A DNA stretch of 64,000 nucleotides from Octopus vulgaris (taxonomy: Eukaryota), in NCBI GenBank assembly GCA_951406725.2, contig OX597840.1, positions 310,001 to 374,000 on the forward strand, in the 5' to 3' direction. Of this stretch, positions 1 to 11,160 are shown one piece after another. A program made the position numbers and the translations under genes. Under the pieces are notes generated by a model, which was given only the letters and a program-made list of their open reading frames with translations, had not been told where the DNA came from and did no database searches. Within the stretch, counting starts at the first letter, position 1. Each line of letters begins with the position of its first letter.

Positions 1-216
1 TTTTAGAGAGTTACTTCCCTTATATAATAGCGAAAAAAATGCATTAAAATGGAATCGTAGACTCATTGTAGACGCGCGCTAATACCCAGAAGGGCTCGAT
101 ATGAATCACGACTATAAGATACCCGGTTTTGGTTAAACTGCACCGCAAAATGTGGGAGTAGTTAGGAATCTAAATCGTAGGAGACAGACGCACAACTTGA
201 CTTTTATATATAAAGA
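1..216 (-). mobile_element. Probable 5' end of a non-autonomous Helitron-like element, truncated by the window edge
   Basis: Minus strand reads A|TCTTTATATATAAAAGTCAAGTTGTGCGTCTGTC..., a TC start after A plus a TATATATAAAA leader typical of non-autonomous Helitrons. The 3' CTRR end is not in the window. Confidence 0.55.
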
Positions 217-257
217 TATATATATATATATATATAAACATATATATATGTATGTAT

Positions 258-388
258 ATTATTTTGCAATTTACTAAATCATTGATATATTATTGTTATT
301 TTAATTTTAATACTTCTATTATATGTAATTTTCTAGATGGTGTAATTTAATTGTTCATTTTGAATTGATAAAAGGTGTTTTTTTTCTG

Positions 389-395
<7 letters not shown>
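258..395. repeat. AT-rich dispersed repeat (~135 bp), second copy at about 25728-25865
   Basis: TTATTTTGCAATTTACT...TTTTCTAGATGG...GAATTGATAAAAGGTGTTTTTT occurs at both loci, and each copy runs into (TA)n. Confidence 0.85.
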
Positions 396-442
<47 letters not shown>

Positions 443-455
443 ATGTGTGTGTGTA

Positions 456-488
<33 letters not shown>

Positions 489-521
489 GTATCTATGTAT
501 ATGTATATACGTATGCATATG

Positions 522-559
<38 letters not shown>

Positions 560-1184
560 CACACATCTGTATCACCATCATCATCACCATCACTATCGTC
601 GTCGTCGTCGTCATCATCATCATCATCATCATCACCAGCAGCAGCAGCAACTGCAAAAATTTTCTTGAAGGGAAACGAGAGTGGCACACCCAATCAGATC
701 GCTATATCTGCAAAAGATAATAACCAAGTTGATAAAAAAAAAACAACAAAAACGTCACACTCACTTGTATGTATATATCAAAGATATTGTAATCCTAAGG
801 AAATGGATCCTCGTCGCTTTCGTGGAAGAGCATTGTGTTATTTCTCAGCTCAGCTGAAATACTTGCGTGCTGAATTAGCGAGTAAAAGTAGTTAAGTACT
901 TCACAGAGACGTGTAACTCTAATATTAAAAATTAAAATATTAAAATCAGCGATACACAGAGTGTACCGAAGCTAGGTTTTAGAATTACATTGACACTTCA
1001 TCCGAGGTCTTCCGTACAGTTTCCCGTTTCCCTTTTAACCGGTATTGACGGTAGTGGGATAGACACACATGTACAGATAGAGACACCGGCTTATACACAT
1101 ACACAGTGCCTTAAAGTCTGAAAAAAACACATTCAATAGTCTAGGGTAGATTGTACCAGGTGAGATGCATATATACATAAACAT

Positions 1185-1232
<48 letters not shown>

Positions 1233-1269
1233 CCATACAAAGAGACAAATACACAACATATGCACATGT

Positions 1270-1432
1270 GCAGGAGTGGCTGTGTGGTAAGTAGCTTGCT
1301 TACCAACCACATGGTTCCGGATTCATTCCCACTGCGTGGTACCTTGGGCAAGTGTCTTCTGCTATAGCCTTGGGCCGACCAAAGTCTTGGGAGTGGATGT
1401 GGTAGACGGAAACTGAAAATAAGCCCGTCGTA

Positions 1433-1479
<47 letters not shown>

Positions 1480-1715
1480 ATGTGTGTATGTGTGTGTGTA
1501 TGTTTGTGTGTCTGTATTTGTCCCCCCAACATCGCTTGACAACCGATGCTGGTGTGCTTACGTCCCCGTAACTTAGCGGTTCGGCTTAAAGAGGCCGATA
1601 GAATAAGTACTAGGCTTACAAAGAATAAGTCCTAGGTTCGATTTGCTCGACTAAAGGCGGTGCTCCACCATGGCCGCAGTCAAATGACTGAAACAAGTAA
1701 AAGAGTAAAAGAGTA
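1270..1715 (+). mobile_element. tRNA-derived SINE family A (CORE-like domain, internal microsatellite), full length
   Basis: A-box-like TGGCTGTGTGG, B-box-like GGATTCATTCCC, CCTTGGGCAAGT core, internal (TA)/(TG) tract, tail GGCGGTGCTCCACCATGGCCGCAGTCAAATGACTGAAAC(AAGTAAAAGAG)n. More than 10 copies in the window. Confidence 0.93.
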
Positions 1716-1885
1716 TGCAGAAACACACAACTTTTGTGTGGCTAATGTGTGAACCACTTGGAGTAGCCCTTAAGTTTGTCACCTCCCTCGCGGGCCATCA
1801 AGACTATACAGGCTTATGCTACAGTGGACCCATAACTGTGCTATCCATCTAAAGAGTGTCGCTCGGGACTGACTGCTCGGAACCA

Positions 1886-2061
1886 TGAACCCGGAACCAT
1901 GTGATTGGTAAGCAAGTTACTTACCACAGAGCCACTCCTGCGCACGTGCATATGTTGTGTGTTTGTGTGTTTGTATGGGTCTGTGTGTGTTTATGTTTAT
2001 GTATATGCATTTCATTTGGTACAATCTACCCTAGACTATTGAATGTGTTTTTTCTTCAGAC
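1886..2061 (-). repeat. Inverted duplicate of 1116-1325 (SINE A head plus its unique 5' flank)
   Basis: The reverse complement matches 1116-1325, including the non-SINE flank CACATTCAATAGTCTAGGGTAGATTGTACC. Confidence 0.88.
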
Positions 2062-2311
2062 GTATTTTTTCTTCCTCGTCCCTGCTTCAACCTACGCTAC
2101 GAACAGAGACGGGATTTTAACAGGGGAATTATATTTCATGATAGACGGTGGAGTTCAGTTTTGGGGCAGTTTGGGGTTAAACTACAAGAAAAACAGCAAC
2201 AACAACATTAACCAAAATGGCAGCAACACAAACAAAAGAAAGACAGCAAAAACATTAACAATAACAATAACAACCACGACAGCGACGAAAGTGTTTGTAT
2301 GTATGTATACA

Positions 2312-2326
2312 TGGATGTTAGGTATG

Positions 2327-2360
<34 letters not shown>

Positions 2361-2440
2361 TATATGTGTATGTGTGTATACATATTGACGTGTACACGTA
2401 CATATATATCTATATATGTGTGTCCATATCTCTCTCTATA
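2312..2440. repeat. Direct local duplication, second copy at about 3381-3510
   Basis: TGGATGTTAGGTATGTA...CATATTGACGTGTACACGTACATATATATCTATATATG.. is present twice. Confidence 0.8.
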
Positions 2441-3147
2441 TACACTACAACACCAATAACAACAGGAACATCAACAACAACCTCAATAATAATAATAATC
2501 ACGACGACGACAGCGACACCAACAAGAATCTCAACAGCGGCGACAACAACAACAACAACAACAATAACAATGATAACAACAGCAGCGACAAAATCAACAA
2601 CAAAAATACCCACAAACATCGATACAAAAAATCTAAATAAATTATACAACAACCAAAAAACAACAACGTTTCCAGCCACCTTCGACAACAACAACAACAA
2701 CAGCAGCAACGAAAACTTCAAGAACAAACAAACCACACACACACACACACACACATACACGGAGAAGCACATGAAAAAAAAAAAACTCTATCTAAACATC
2801 AAATGTTTGCTAACCTTTCCAATTCTGTTAAACGGCAAGTACAGAGTTCAACTTTAAAATGGCGGAAATGTTAAATGTATTATGTAGGTAGAATTATTCT
2901 TAGCTTTAACAGTGTTACAACAGAATGAGGAACGTGTCTTTCTTAATTTAAGACACTTTCCATAATCTTTCATTTTGGCGTGTTTTATTTTTTTTCTTCA
3001 TTCTGTTTCATTCTATTTTATTTTTGTTTTTGTTTTTATTTTGATATTCGTTTCTTTATTTTACTTTCTGAATAGTGCATATGTGTGTGTGTGTGTGTGT
3101 GTGAAAAAATGTGTATGTCCTTGTATGTTTGTAAGTGCGTGTATATG

Positions 3148-3183
<36 letters not shown>

Positions 3184-3275
3184 CGTGTGCATGTGTACTT
3201 GGGTATGTTTAAGTGTATATATACGTACGTTTGTATGTATGTATATATGTATGTATATAATATATATATATATAT

Positions 3276-3318
<43 letters not shown>

Positions 3319-3894
3319 ATATATATTTATATGCACCACCATATGCACAGGTTGTTACATCTATGTAGAGCCAGTGTGCGTGGATGTTAGGTATGTATGT
3401 ATGTATGTATGTATGTATATATATATACATATATATGTGTATGTATGTGTACATATTGACGTGTACACGTACATATATATCTATATATGTATGTCCATAT
3501 CTATATATATATATATGTGTGTACTTATATACTCTCTCAACAAAAACACATACAGGCACACTCACACAAACATACATACACATAAAAATACTAAAGTGCC
3601 ACACTACACTCACATAAACACTACACAGACACAAACACACAAACACACGCATATATACACACACATACACACCCACACATATGGCCATCATGTCAAAAAT
3701 GTCGGTTATTTCTATCAAATTACCCAGACAAACCTTTACAAAAAAGAAAACACATTTCGAGAGAGCTTATTTTAATTATTTAAAAATAGAAGATAAAATG
3801 TCGATTTGTCGGCAATGGAGGCATTGGTGGTGGTGGTGGTGGTGGTGGTAGCGATGATGATGGCATAGTGTATTGACAGAGTTGGCACAGTGCT

Positions 3895-4620
3895 GCTTGG
3901 ACATAAAAGATTTACTTCTGAAGTTATAAGTTTGAGTGTGTCTCGCTGATGAGGTCTGATACGGCTGGAGTTCGTTATATGTTATCACCTTAACTACCAA
4001 AGATCAGACAAATTTTCCACAGTATGTCTCAATTTAATTAGCAATTAATTTATATTTCACAGATGTATCCTCTGACCGTGCTGAAAATGGGAAAAATAAT
4101 TTCTTCTGCATGATTTCTTCTATAAGATAGGCATTATTTCGCTGATGAGGGCAAATAAGCCTGAAGCTCATCATGTGTTGTCATCTTAATTATCAAATAT
4201 CGGACACATTTTCCACTGTATTTAATTATACATCAATTATAAGTTTCACGGGTGTATTTCTTGATTGTGTTGAAAACAGGCAAAAGAGGATTTCTTCGCT
4301 AGGTATATGATAGATACTAGTTCACTGAAAAGGGCAAATAAGCCTGAAACTCATCGTGTGATGTCATCTTAACTACCAAAGACCAAACTTAGTTTCGCCC
4401 GAATGTCTATTTAATTATAAATTAATTAATAATTTCACAGATGTCACCCTTGTCTGTGTTGAATTTCAAAGCTGTCTCCCTTGACTATGTTGAAAAGTGG
4501 ACATAAAGGATTTCGTCTGTCGTCATATGGTCGACACTTTTCGGCTGATAAGAGCTAAAAGCCTGAAGTACACCATCTATTGCTCTCTGAACTGCAAGAG
4601 TCAGATTCATTCTTGACCAA
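3895..4620 (+). repeat. Degenerate tandem array (~4 units, 183-220 bp), each with a hammerhead-like core
   Basis: CTGATGAG/CTGAAAAG/CTGATAAG at 3946, 4142, 4325 and 4545, followed in the best copies by GGCAAATAAGCCTGAA(A/G)CTCATC. Downstream CTTAACTACCAAAGA and TTTCACAGATGT blocks are shared. Confidence 0.8.
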
Positions 4621-4697
4621 TTAAGATTTCGCAGTTGTCTCCGCAGCAGCCTTTGCGAATCATTTATCTTCTTTACACTTTACGCATTTCGGTCATA

Positions 4698-4950
4698 AAG
4701 CTGAAGACAAGTGAAAAATACATGCGCTGAACCATTGAGAAATCTGCAGTTGCTCTATCCAAATTACAAGTTCAGGTTTATACTTGTAATTATTGGGGCC
4801 CTGGGATATGTAACACACTGACAAAATACCAGTCTTGAGAAATTAGGCTTCTTAAAACCAGAAAGGAGAAAGCTGATTCGAAGACTACAGATCCAATCCA
4901 TCACTGGAACTGTAAAAATCTGTATAATTTTCCAGAAGGCTATCATTTAA
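4698..4950 (+). pseudogene. C-terminal restriction-like endonuclease region of an R4/Dong-type non-LTR retrotransposon (decayed)
   Basis: Manual translation ...LRNLQLLYPNYKFRFILVIIGALGYVTH*QNTSLEKLGFLKPERRKLIRRLQIQSITGTVKICIIFQK. The PVVIGALG-like motif is typical of the RLE C-terminus. One internal stop and an upstream frameshift. Confidence 0.7.
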
Positions 4951-4955
4951 ATATA

Positions 4956-5330
4956 CAGGGTGATTCAAAAGTCGCCATACATAGGAACAATTTATGTTTT
5001 TTACAAGAAACAGTTGATAAGAACAGTTTTTTTTCTATTTAAGAGTCTCTATATGGTTAGCATTGCTTTGAATACACATTGCAATATGTTTACCCCACGC
5101 ATTGTGAACTTGTAATAGCACATCTGATGATACTTGTACAAATGAGTTGGTGATGCATTCCTTCAAATGATTTTATCTTTCTGTGATACACCTTTCCTTT
5201 CAAATGCCCCCAAAGATAGAAATCCAGAGGGGTCTGTTCAGGGGATCAAGGGATCGGGGGATCATATAAACTGTTTTTATGAAAAAAAAAAAAAAAATTT
5301 CCTATGTATGGAGACTTTTGAATCATCCTG
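4956..5330 (-). mobile_element. Internally deleted Tc1/mariner (Tc3-like) element with both TIRs
   Basis: TA-flanked TIRs CAGGGTGATTCAAAAGTCGCCATACATAGGAA / TTCCTATGTATGGAGACTTTTGAATCATCCTG. The minus strand encodes SPEQTPLDFYLWGHLK...CIQSNANHIE (SPDLTPLDFFLWG-type transposase C-terminus) with frameshifts. Confidence 0.9.
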
Positions 5331-5580
5331 TATATAAGCGTGTCCAGATATGCAACTATAAGCATGAGAATACATACATATAAGCAAAACATACAAATCT
5401 GCACATATAAATACATACATATGTATAAGCATAGATACAAAAATAGCCTGTTTGTGATGCTGAAATTCTATTGTAGGAGCTCGGATGTAGGTTAGAAACC
5501 GACCCTTTCTCAATTTGCAGGAAACCTTGAAATAAAACTGAACAATGACATATATATATATATGAACATGTATATGTATG

Positions 5581-5620
<40 letters not shown>

Positions 5621-6230
5621 TATATACACATACATATATGTATATGTATGTATATATATACATACATACAAATGCATACACACACAAATATATATTGTGG
5701 ACATTACATCTGAACATCATGGACAAGCACACTCATATATATACATCATACATACACACATACATACACACACACACGCACAAACGACGGTCTTCCCAGC
5801 GTTTCCCGTACCAAATTTTCTCACAATGTAAAAATCGGAACCGTAGTTATACGAGAAGACACTTCCAACCAACGTATAGCGCATTGACGCCTTGCGACTA
5901 CAGCTGAAACCACGTGGCTTCAAAGCGAATTTTCCAAGCCCGTGGCCATACCTGCGTCTACGTAAATTTCTCCCAAAATTTTATTTCATCTTCGTAAAGC
6001 GTTTGAGTTTTATGACAGCGTTGACACAACCTACGTTCGTATTTGTATTGAAGATGAAGTCTTGAGAGAGAACGTAATTGAAAACATTTGTTATGTAACT
6101 GTCAACTCTTCTGCCAGGAGATTTGTTATCCATTATTTTTGAATAAAACCCAGAAATTGCAACGTAGTATTATAAATTTCTCTACAGACCTACATAGTGT
6201 TGCTTATCGCGAAATTCTGGTTCGGTTCTC

Positions 6231-6448
6231 TCTCTTTTACTCTTTTACTTGTTTCAGTCATTTGATTGCGGCCAGGCTGGAGCACCGCCTTTAGTCGAGC
6301 AACTCGACCCCGGGATTTATTCTTTTGTAAGCCCAGTACTTATTCTATCGGTCTCTTTTGCCGAACCGCTAAGTTACGGGGATATAAACACACCAGCATC
6401 GGTTGTCAAGCAATACTAGGGGGACAAACACAGACATACACACACATA

Positions 6449-6495
<47 letters not shown>

Positions 6496-6659
6496 GACGG
6501 GCTTCTTTTCAGTTTCCGTCTACCAAATCCACTCACAAGGCTTTGGTCGGCCCGAGGCTATAGTAGAAGACACTTGCCCAAGTTGCCACGCAGTGGGACT
6601 GAACCCGGAACCATTTGGTTGGTAAACAAGCTACTTACCACACAGCCACTCCTGTGCCT
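6231..6659 (-). mobile_element. SINE family A, full length
   Basis: Reverse complement of the 1270-1715 family. Confidence 0.93.
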
Positions 6660-6877
6660 GTTTGCTTCACTTTCGAGACTATTTTATTGCTTTCGACTTT
6701 CTGTCTGTCTCTAAGTTGCCAGACGTAACCACACCAACACCGGTTCTATAGCAGTGATGGCGGGGAACGAACACAGACACAAAGACACACACAGAAACTC
6801 AATGACACACACACGAATATTGGCTTCAAATTTTGGCATAAATCCACTTTTTCTTATTATCTTTATTATCACTCCCT

Positions 6878-7190
6878 AAGGCGGTAAGCTGGTAGCATTG
6901 TTAGCACGCCGGACGAATTGCATAGCGGCATTTCGTCTGATTTTACGTTCTGGGTTCAAATTCCGTTGAGGTCGACTTTGCCTTTTATCCTTTCGGGCTT
7001 GTTAAATAAAATACCAGTAAAGTACTGAGGTCAATGTGATCGTCTTCCCCCATCCCCCAAAAATTTCAGGCCTTATTCTTATCGTAGGAAGGATTATTAT
7101 TATCACTCCATGGTGAGCTGGCAGAATCTTTAGCATGCCGGGCAAAATTATCAGCGGTACTTCGCCCGCCCTACGTTCTGAGTTCAAATT
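6878..7190 (+). mobile_element. SINE family B (Meta/MESC-like domain), one degenerate copy plus a head fragment
   Basis: AAGGCGGTAAGCTGGTAG head, GGTTCAAATTCC B box, GTCGACTTTGCCTTTTATCCTTTCGG domain. Confidence 0.8.
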
Positions 7191-7368
7191 TTTCTCTCCT
7201 TTTTTTCTCTCCTTGTTTTTCTCCTTGTTTTCTGTGTCCCTTTCTGTAGAAGAGCATAGGCTCGAAACGTAAAAGACTTTCTTCTATTCCAGAGCGTTAT
7301 ACTAATACATCTGTTTGTTTTGTACACCACCCGTCTTCGCCTTTTGTTTTTTTCCGTAAACTCTCCCT
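7189..7368 (+). mobile_element. Short non-coding element (~170 bp, probably Penelope-derived) with a variant hammerhead motif at 7240-7275
   Basis: CTTT-CTGTAGA-A-GAGC ATAG GCTC-GAAAC-GT-A-AAAG. Copies at 8626, 22652 and 33117, and a degenerate minus copy near 18150. Ends abut (TA)n. Confidence 0.75.
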
Positions 7369-7402
7369 ATATATGCACATATATATATATATATATATAT
7401 AC

Positions 7403-7445
<43 letters not shown>

Positions 7446-7963
7446 CATGTTCATTGGACGGTGGAGAGGCGTTTTCATCGTTATATATAAAGGCATACAC
7501 ACACACACACGACAAGCTTCTTTCAGTTTCCGTCTACCAAATGCATTCACAAGGCTATGATTAATCTTGAGGCTGTAGTACAAGACTGCCGAAAGTGCCA
7601 TGAGGTGGAACTGAACCCCGAACCATATCGTTGGGAAATAACATGTCTTACCGCACAGCCACATCCGCTCTTATCTTAATCTAATTTTGTTTCATCTTAC
7701 ATTATTTTTTCTGTCTAATTTCCGTCTCTGCAAGCCATTTTCTTTTTCCTAATTAATTTACCAAATTATTTGAAAACCGTCTGATACAATTCTTTTCAGT
7801 TTCTGATTCATGTTTGCCAATGATAGTTCTTTGTAGATTTTCATCTATTTTCTGATCTGTCCGCGACATACTCTTAAGCGTTCTTAAGTGTCCTCTTTGC
7901 CCAAATCGTAAAGACATCTAATCCGTTTCAAAGAAATTTTCTAACTGTCCATGTTCCATCTCC

Positions 7964-8347
7964 GTGTGGAGGCGCAATGGCCCAGTGGTTAGGGCAGCGG
8001 ACTCGCGGTCATAGGATCGAGGTTTCGATTCCCAGACCGGGCGTTGTGAGTGTTTATTGAGCGAAAACACCTAAAGCTCCACGAGGCTCCAGCAGGGGAT
8101 GGTGGTGATCCCTGCGGTACTCTTTCACCACAACTTTCTCTCACTCTTACTTCCTGTTTCTGTTGTACCTGTATTTCAAAGGGCCGGCCTTGTCACTCTC
8201 TGTGTCACGCTGAATCTCCCCGGAGAACTACGTTAAGGGTACACGTGTCTGCGGAGTGCTCAGCCACTTACACGTTAATTTCACGAGCAGGCTGTTTCGT
8301 TGATTCGGATCAACCGGAACCCTCATCGTCGTAACCGACGGAGTGCT
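7964..8347 (+). mobile_element. tRNA(Arg)-like SINE family C, tail type 1, with 16-bp TSD
   Basis: Head GGAGGCGCAATGGCCCAGTGGTTAGGGCAGCGGACTCGCGGTC..GGTTTCGATTCCC. TSD TCCATGTTCCATCTCC at 7948-7963 and 8348-8363. Confidence 0.92.
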
Positions 8348-8625
8348 TCCATGTTCCATCTCCATATGGTAAATTGGAACTATAATATTTATTTATTTAT
8401 TTATCTATTTTTGTGCACATCAGACATTCGTGTGTGTGTGTATAGTTGAGAACCTCGCTGTGCAATTACGTGAATCCGTTTTCCAATCCACTAGCAACTT
8501 GGGCTCTAATTTTCTACTAAACCCCAAGCCGAGAAATGCTTTATTGCTTGTGAGTGAATTCGGTAGGTGGAAACTGTGTGGAAGCCCATCGTGTATATAC
8601 ATACAAACATATATATATATATATC

Positions 8626-8792
8626 TTTTTTTTCTCTCCTTGTTTCTCTCCTTGTTTTTTCTGTGTACCTTTCTGTTGAAGAGCGTAGGCTCGAAACGTA
8701 AAAGACTTTTTCTATTCCTGAGCGTTATACCTATACATCTGTTTGTTTTGTACACCACCTGTCTTCGTCTTTTGTATTTTTCCGTAAACTTT

Positions 8793-8795
<3 letters not shown>
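8626..8795 (+). mobile_element. Copy of the 7189 hammerhead-variant element (motif 8669-8704)
   Basis: CTTTCTGTTGAAGAGCGTAGGCTCGAAACGTAAAAG, with (TA)n on both sides. Confidence 0.75.
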
Positions 8796-8825
<30 letters not shown>

Positions 8826-8926
8826 GAGTAAGCACATAAATGTGAAACAAGGTGGAAAAAAGAGTACTCAAATACCAGAAGTAGAGTAATATGCTTTATT
8901 TAAAAGCAGCAGAAATATAACAAAAG

Positions 8927-8964
8927 CTGTTACTCAGAGTTTCACGTTCCCGTTCCTCGGACAG
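8927..8964 (-). ncRNA. Type I minimal hammerhead-ribozyme-like motif (mirror copy)
   Basis: Exact reverse complement of 8983-9020. Confidence 0.7.
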
Positions 8965-8982
8965 TTTTGTTAAAAAAAATAA

Positions 8983-9020
8983 CTGTCCGAGGAACGGGAA
9001 CGTGAAACTCTGAGTAACAG
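8983..9020 (+). ncRNA. Type I minimal hammerhead-ribozyme-like motif
   Basis: Stem I CTGT/ACAG; core CCGAGGA (U4C variant); stem II ACG-GGAA-CGT; GAAA; stem III ACTC-T-GAGT; cleavage triplet GUA (A at 9016). Confidence 0.7.
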
Positions 9021-9053
9021 CTTTTGTTATGTTTCTGCTGCTTTTAAATAAAG

Positions 9054-9106
<53 letters not shown>

Positions 9107-9175
9107 ACACACACAGACACACACACACACACATACACACACACACACACACATATATATTTATATATATATATA

Positions 9176-9306
9176 CAGATAAGGAAATAATTTCATTCTC
9201 AAACGAAAGAAAATGCTAATAATATAGTATGAATAGGATAAAGTTTCCATATTTTGCAGAAAAATTCGCCGACGTTTGTTTGAGAATAGAATTATTTTCT
9301 TATCTG
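9176..9306. mobile_element. Tiny Tc1-type MITE or transposon-end fold-back
   Basis: TA-CAGATAAGGAAATAATTTTCATTCTCAAAC ... GTTTGAGAATAGAATTATTTTCTTATCTG-TA, an imperfect ~29-bp TIR. Confidence 0.65.
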
Positions 9307-9439
9307 TATCTTTCAATACATCTCAACGCTTCTAAAGCAAACTTTGCTTGTTGACTTTCAGCGTAAGTTGAATTTAACATATACTTCTACACAGGCATGC
9401 AGAAAGTAAATAGACACCTTTAATTTTCAAAAGCTTTTC

Positions 9440-9801
9440 TTAGATATTAATTGTCTGAAGGAGAGGTTTTCTTTTAGCTGCTCGTTCATAATACCTGAAC
9501 TTATGCAGATATGCAACACACGTTCTCAGACTAACTTCTAGCTGTTTTGCAATGTCAGAAGCCTCCAAACGGGGTTCGTTTTCCACAATTCTCTTCAAAC
9601 AGCGAAGCTTCCTTCCCGAGGGCCCAGGTCGATCGGGACGAGAATCTGTTGATTCTTTTCCTTGGTTTTTGAATTGCACTATAATTCCATTAACAGTAGC
9701 AAGAGGAATTTGAAGAATTTTGGCAATTTTTCGCTAGCGTAGACCAGCCTCAGATTGCCCAACAATACGACAGCTGTGCTGAATTTTTTTGTGCGTGGCA
9801 T
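9440..9801 (-). pseudogene. Tc1-like transposase N-terminal HTH region, decayed
   Basis: ATG at 9801 gives MPRTKKFS, then a frameshift to RIVGQSEAGLR*RKIAKILQIPLATVNGIIVQFKNQG...LKRIVENEPRLEASDIAKQLEVSLRTCVAYLHKFRYYERAAKRKPLL. This is the Tc1 HTH followed by the KPLL linker. Confidence 0.88.
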
Positions 9802-9939
9802 GGTTACTCTTCGCAAATGTTTAATATAATGGCACCTGGAATGAAAAAGAATAATTACATTGTAAATTCTACACCGCTGAAAACATATTAAGATGCTTAG
9901 ATTAGAAATTGAAATGATCTGTTATAGAATTGATTATTA

Positions 9940-10335
9940 TTAAGCCAGCATCGTCGGTGCGTCGAATAAAATGTTGAGCAGTATTTCTCTTGTCTCTTTA
10001 CGTTGTGTTTTGATGTGGCGTTGAGATGGGCTTCGTCTTTCATCCTTTTCGGAGGTGGGGGTCGATAAATTAAAGTACCAGTTGAATATTAGGATCGATA
10101 GTATCCGCTTCTCCGCACCACAAACTTGCAGGCCATGTACCTTCAGAAAGAATTATTTAAGGTGGCCGGCTAGCATAATCGTTCGCGTGTCCGGTTCTTT
10201 ATGTGTTGAGTTCAAAATCCTCTAAAGGTCGAATTTGCTTTTCATCTTTTTAGGGTCGGTGAGATAAGCATTAGTTGAGCACTGGATTTGATGTAATCTA
10301 CTTCTCACCTCCATTATAATTTCAGGCCATGTGGC
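9940..10335 (+). mobile_element. Two old, degenerate SINE B copies
   Basis: CTTTCATCCTTTTCGG..GGTCGATAAATTAAAGTACCAGTTGA and a second similar block. Confidence 0.65.
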
Positions 10336-10532
10336 ATTTAATTCTGAGTTTTAGGACCATTCTTACACTCCTCTTTCAGTTTAGAGGGCTGGATACCATC
10401 AGCTTCTTTGGTTTATTATTATTATTATTGTTGTTGTTGTTGTTGTTGTTATTGTTTTATTGCTATAATTATAATAATAATTATTATTAGTGTTCTTCTT
10501 CTTCTTCTTCTTCTTCTTCTTCTTCTATCATA

Positions 10533-10601
<69 letters not shown>

Positions 10602-10603
<2 letters not shown>

Positions 10604-11160
10604 GGCGGGGATCAGGCAGAATAATTAACACGCCGGGCGAAATGCTTAGCGGTATTTCGTCCGCCGCTACGATCTGAGTTCAAATTTCGCCGAGGTCGTC
10701 TTTGCTTTTCATCCTTTCGGGGTCGATAAATAAAGTATCAGTTACGCACTGGGGTCGATATAATCGACTTAATCCGTTTGTCTATCCTTGTTTGTCCCCT
10801 CTGTGTTTAGCCCCTTGTGGGTAGTAAAGAAATAGGTATTTCGTCTGTCGCTACGTTCTGAGTTCAAATTCCGCCGAGGTCGACTTTGCCCTTCATAATT
10901 TCGGGATCGATTAAATAAGTACCAGTTACGCACTGGGTCGATGTAATCGACTTAATCCGTTTGTCTGCCCTTGTTTGTCCCCTTGTGGGTAGTAAAGAAA
11001 TAGGTATTTCGTCTGTCGCTACGTTCTGAGTTAAAATTCCGCCGAGGTCGACTTTGCCTTTCCTCCTTTCAGTGTCGATAAAATAACTACCAAGGAAGCA
11101 CAGGGGTCGATTAAATCGACTTTTATCCTTCCCGGCCTTGTGCCAAAATTCGAAACCATT
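10602..11160 (+). mobile_element. SINE B tandem trimer (one head, three bodies)
   Basis: The body restarts at GAAATA|GGTATTTCGTC (10835, 11003). Flanked by (ATT)n. Confidence 0.9.

Larger units (their letters stand above)
8824..9057. mobile_element. Palindromic element (77-bp arms, 14-nt loop), probably an inverted Penelope pseudo-LTR remnant
   Basis: Arms 8890-8966 and 8981-9057 are reverse complements with one mismatch. The leader 8824-8896 recurs inverted at 25312-25383. Confidence 0.85.

Noticed and set aside
6266-6714. Recurrent peptides such as GFGRPEAIVEDTCPRCHAVGLNPEP
   Set aside because: These are chance frames in SINE A copies.
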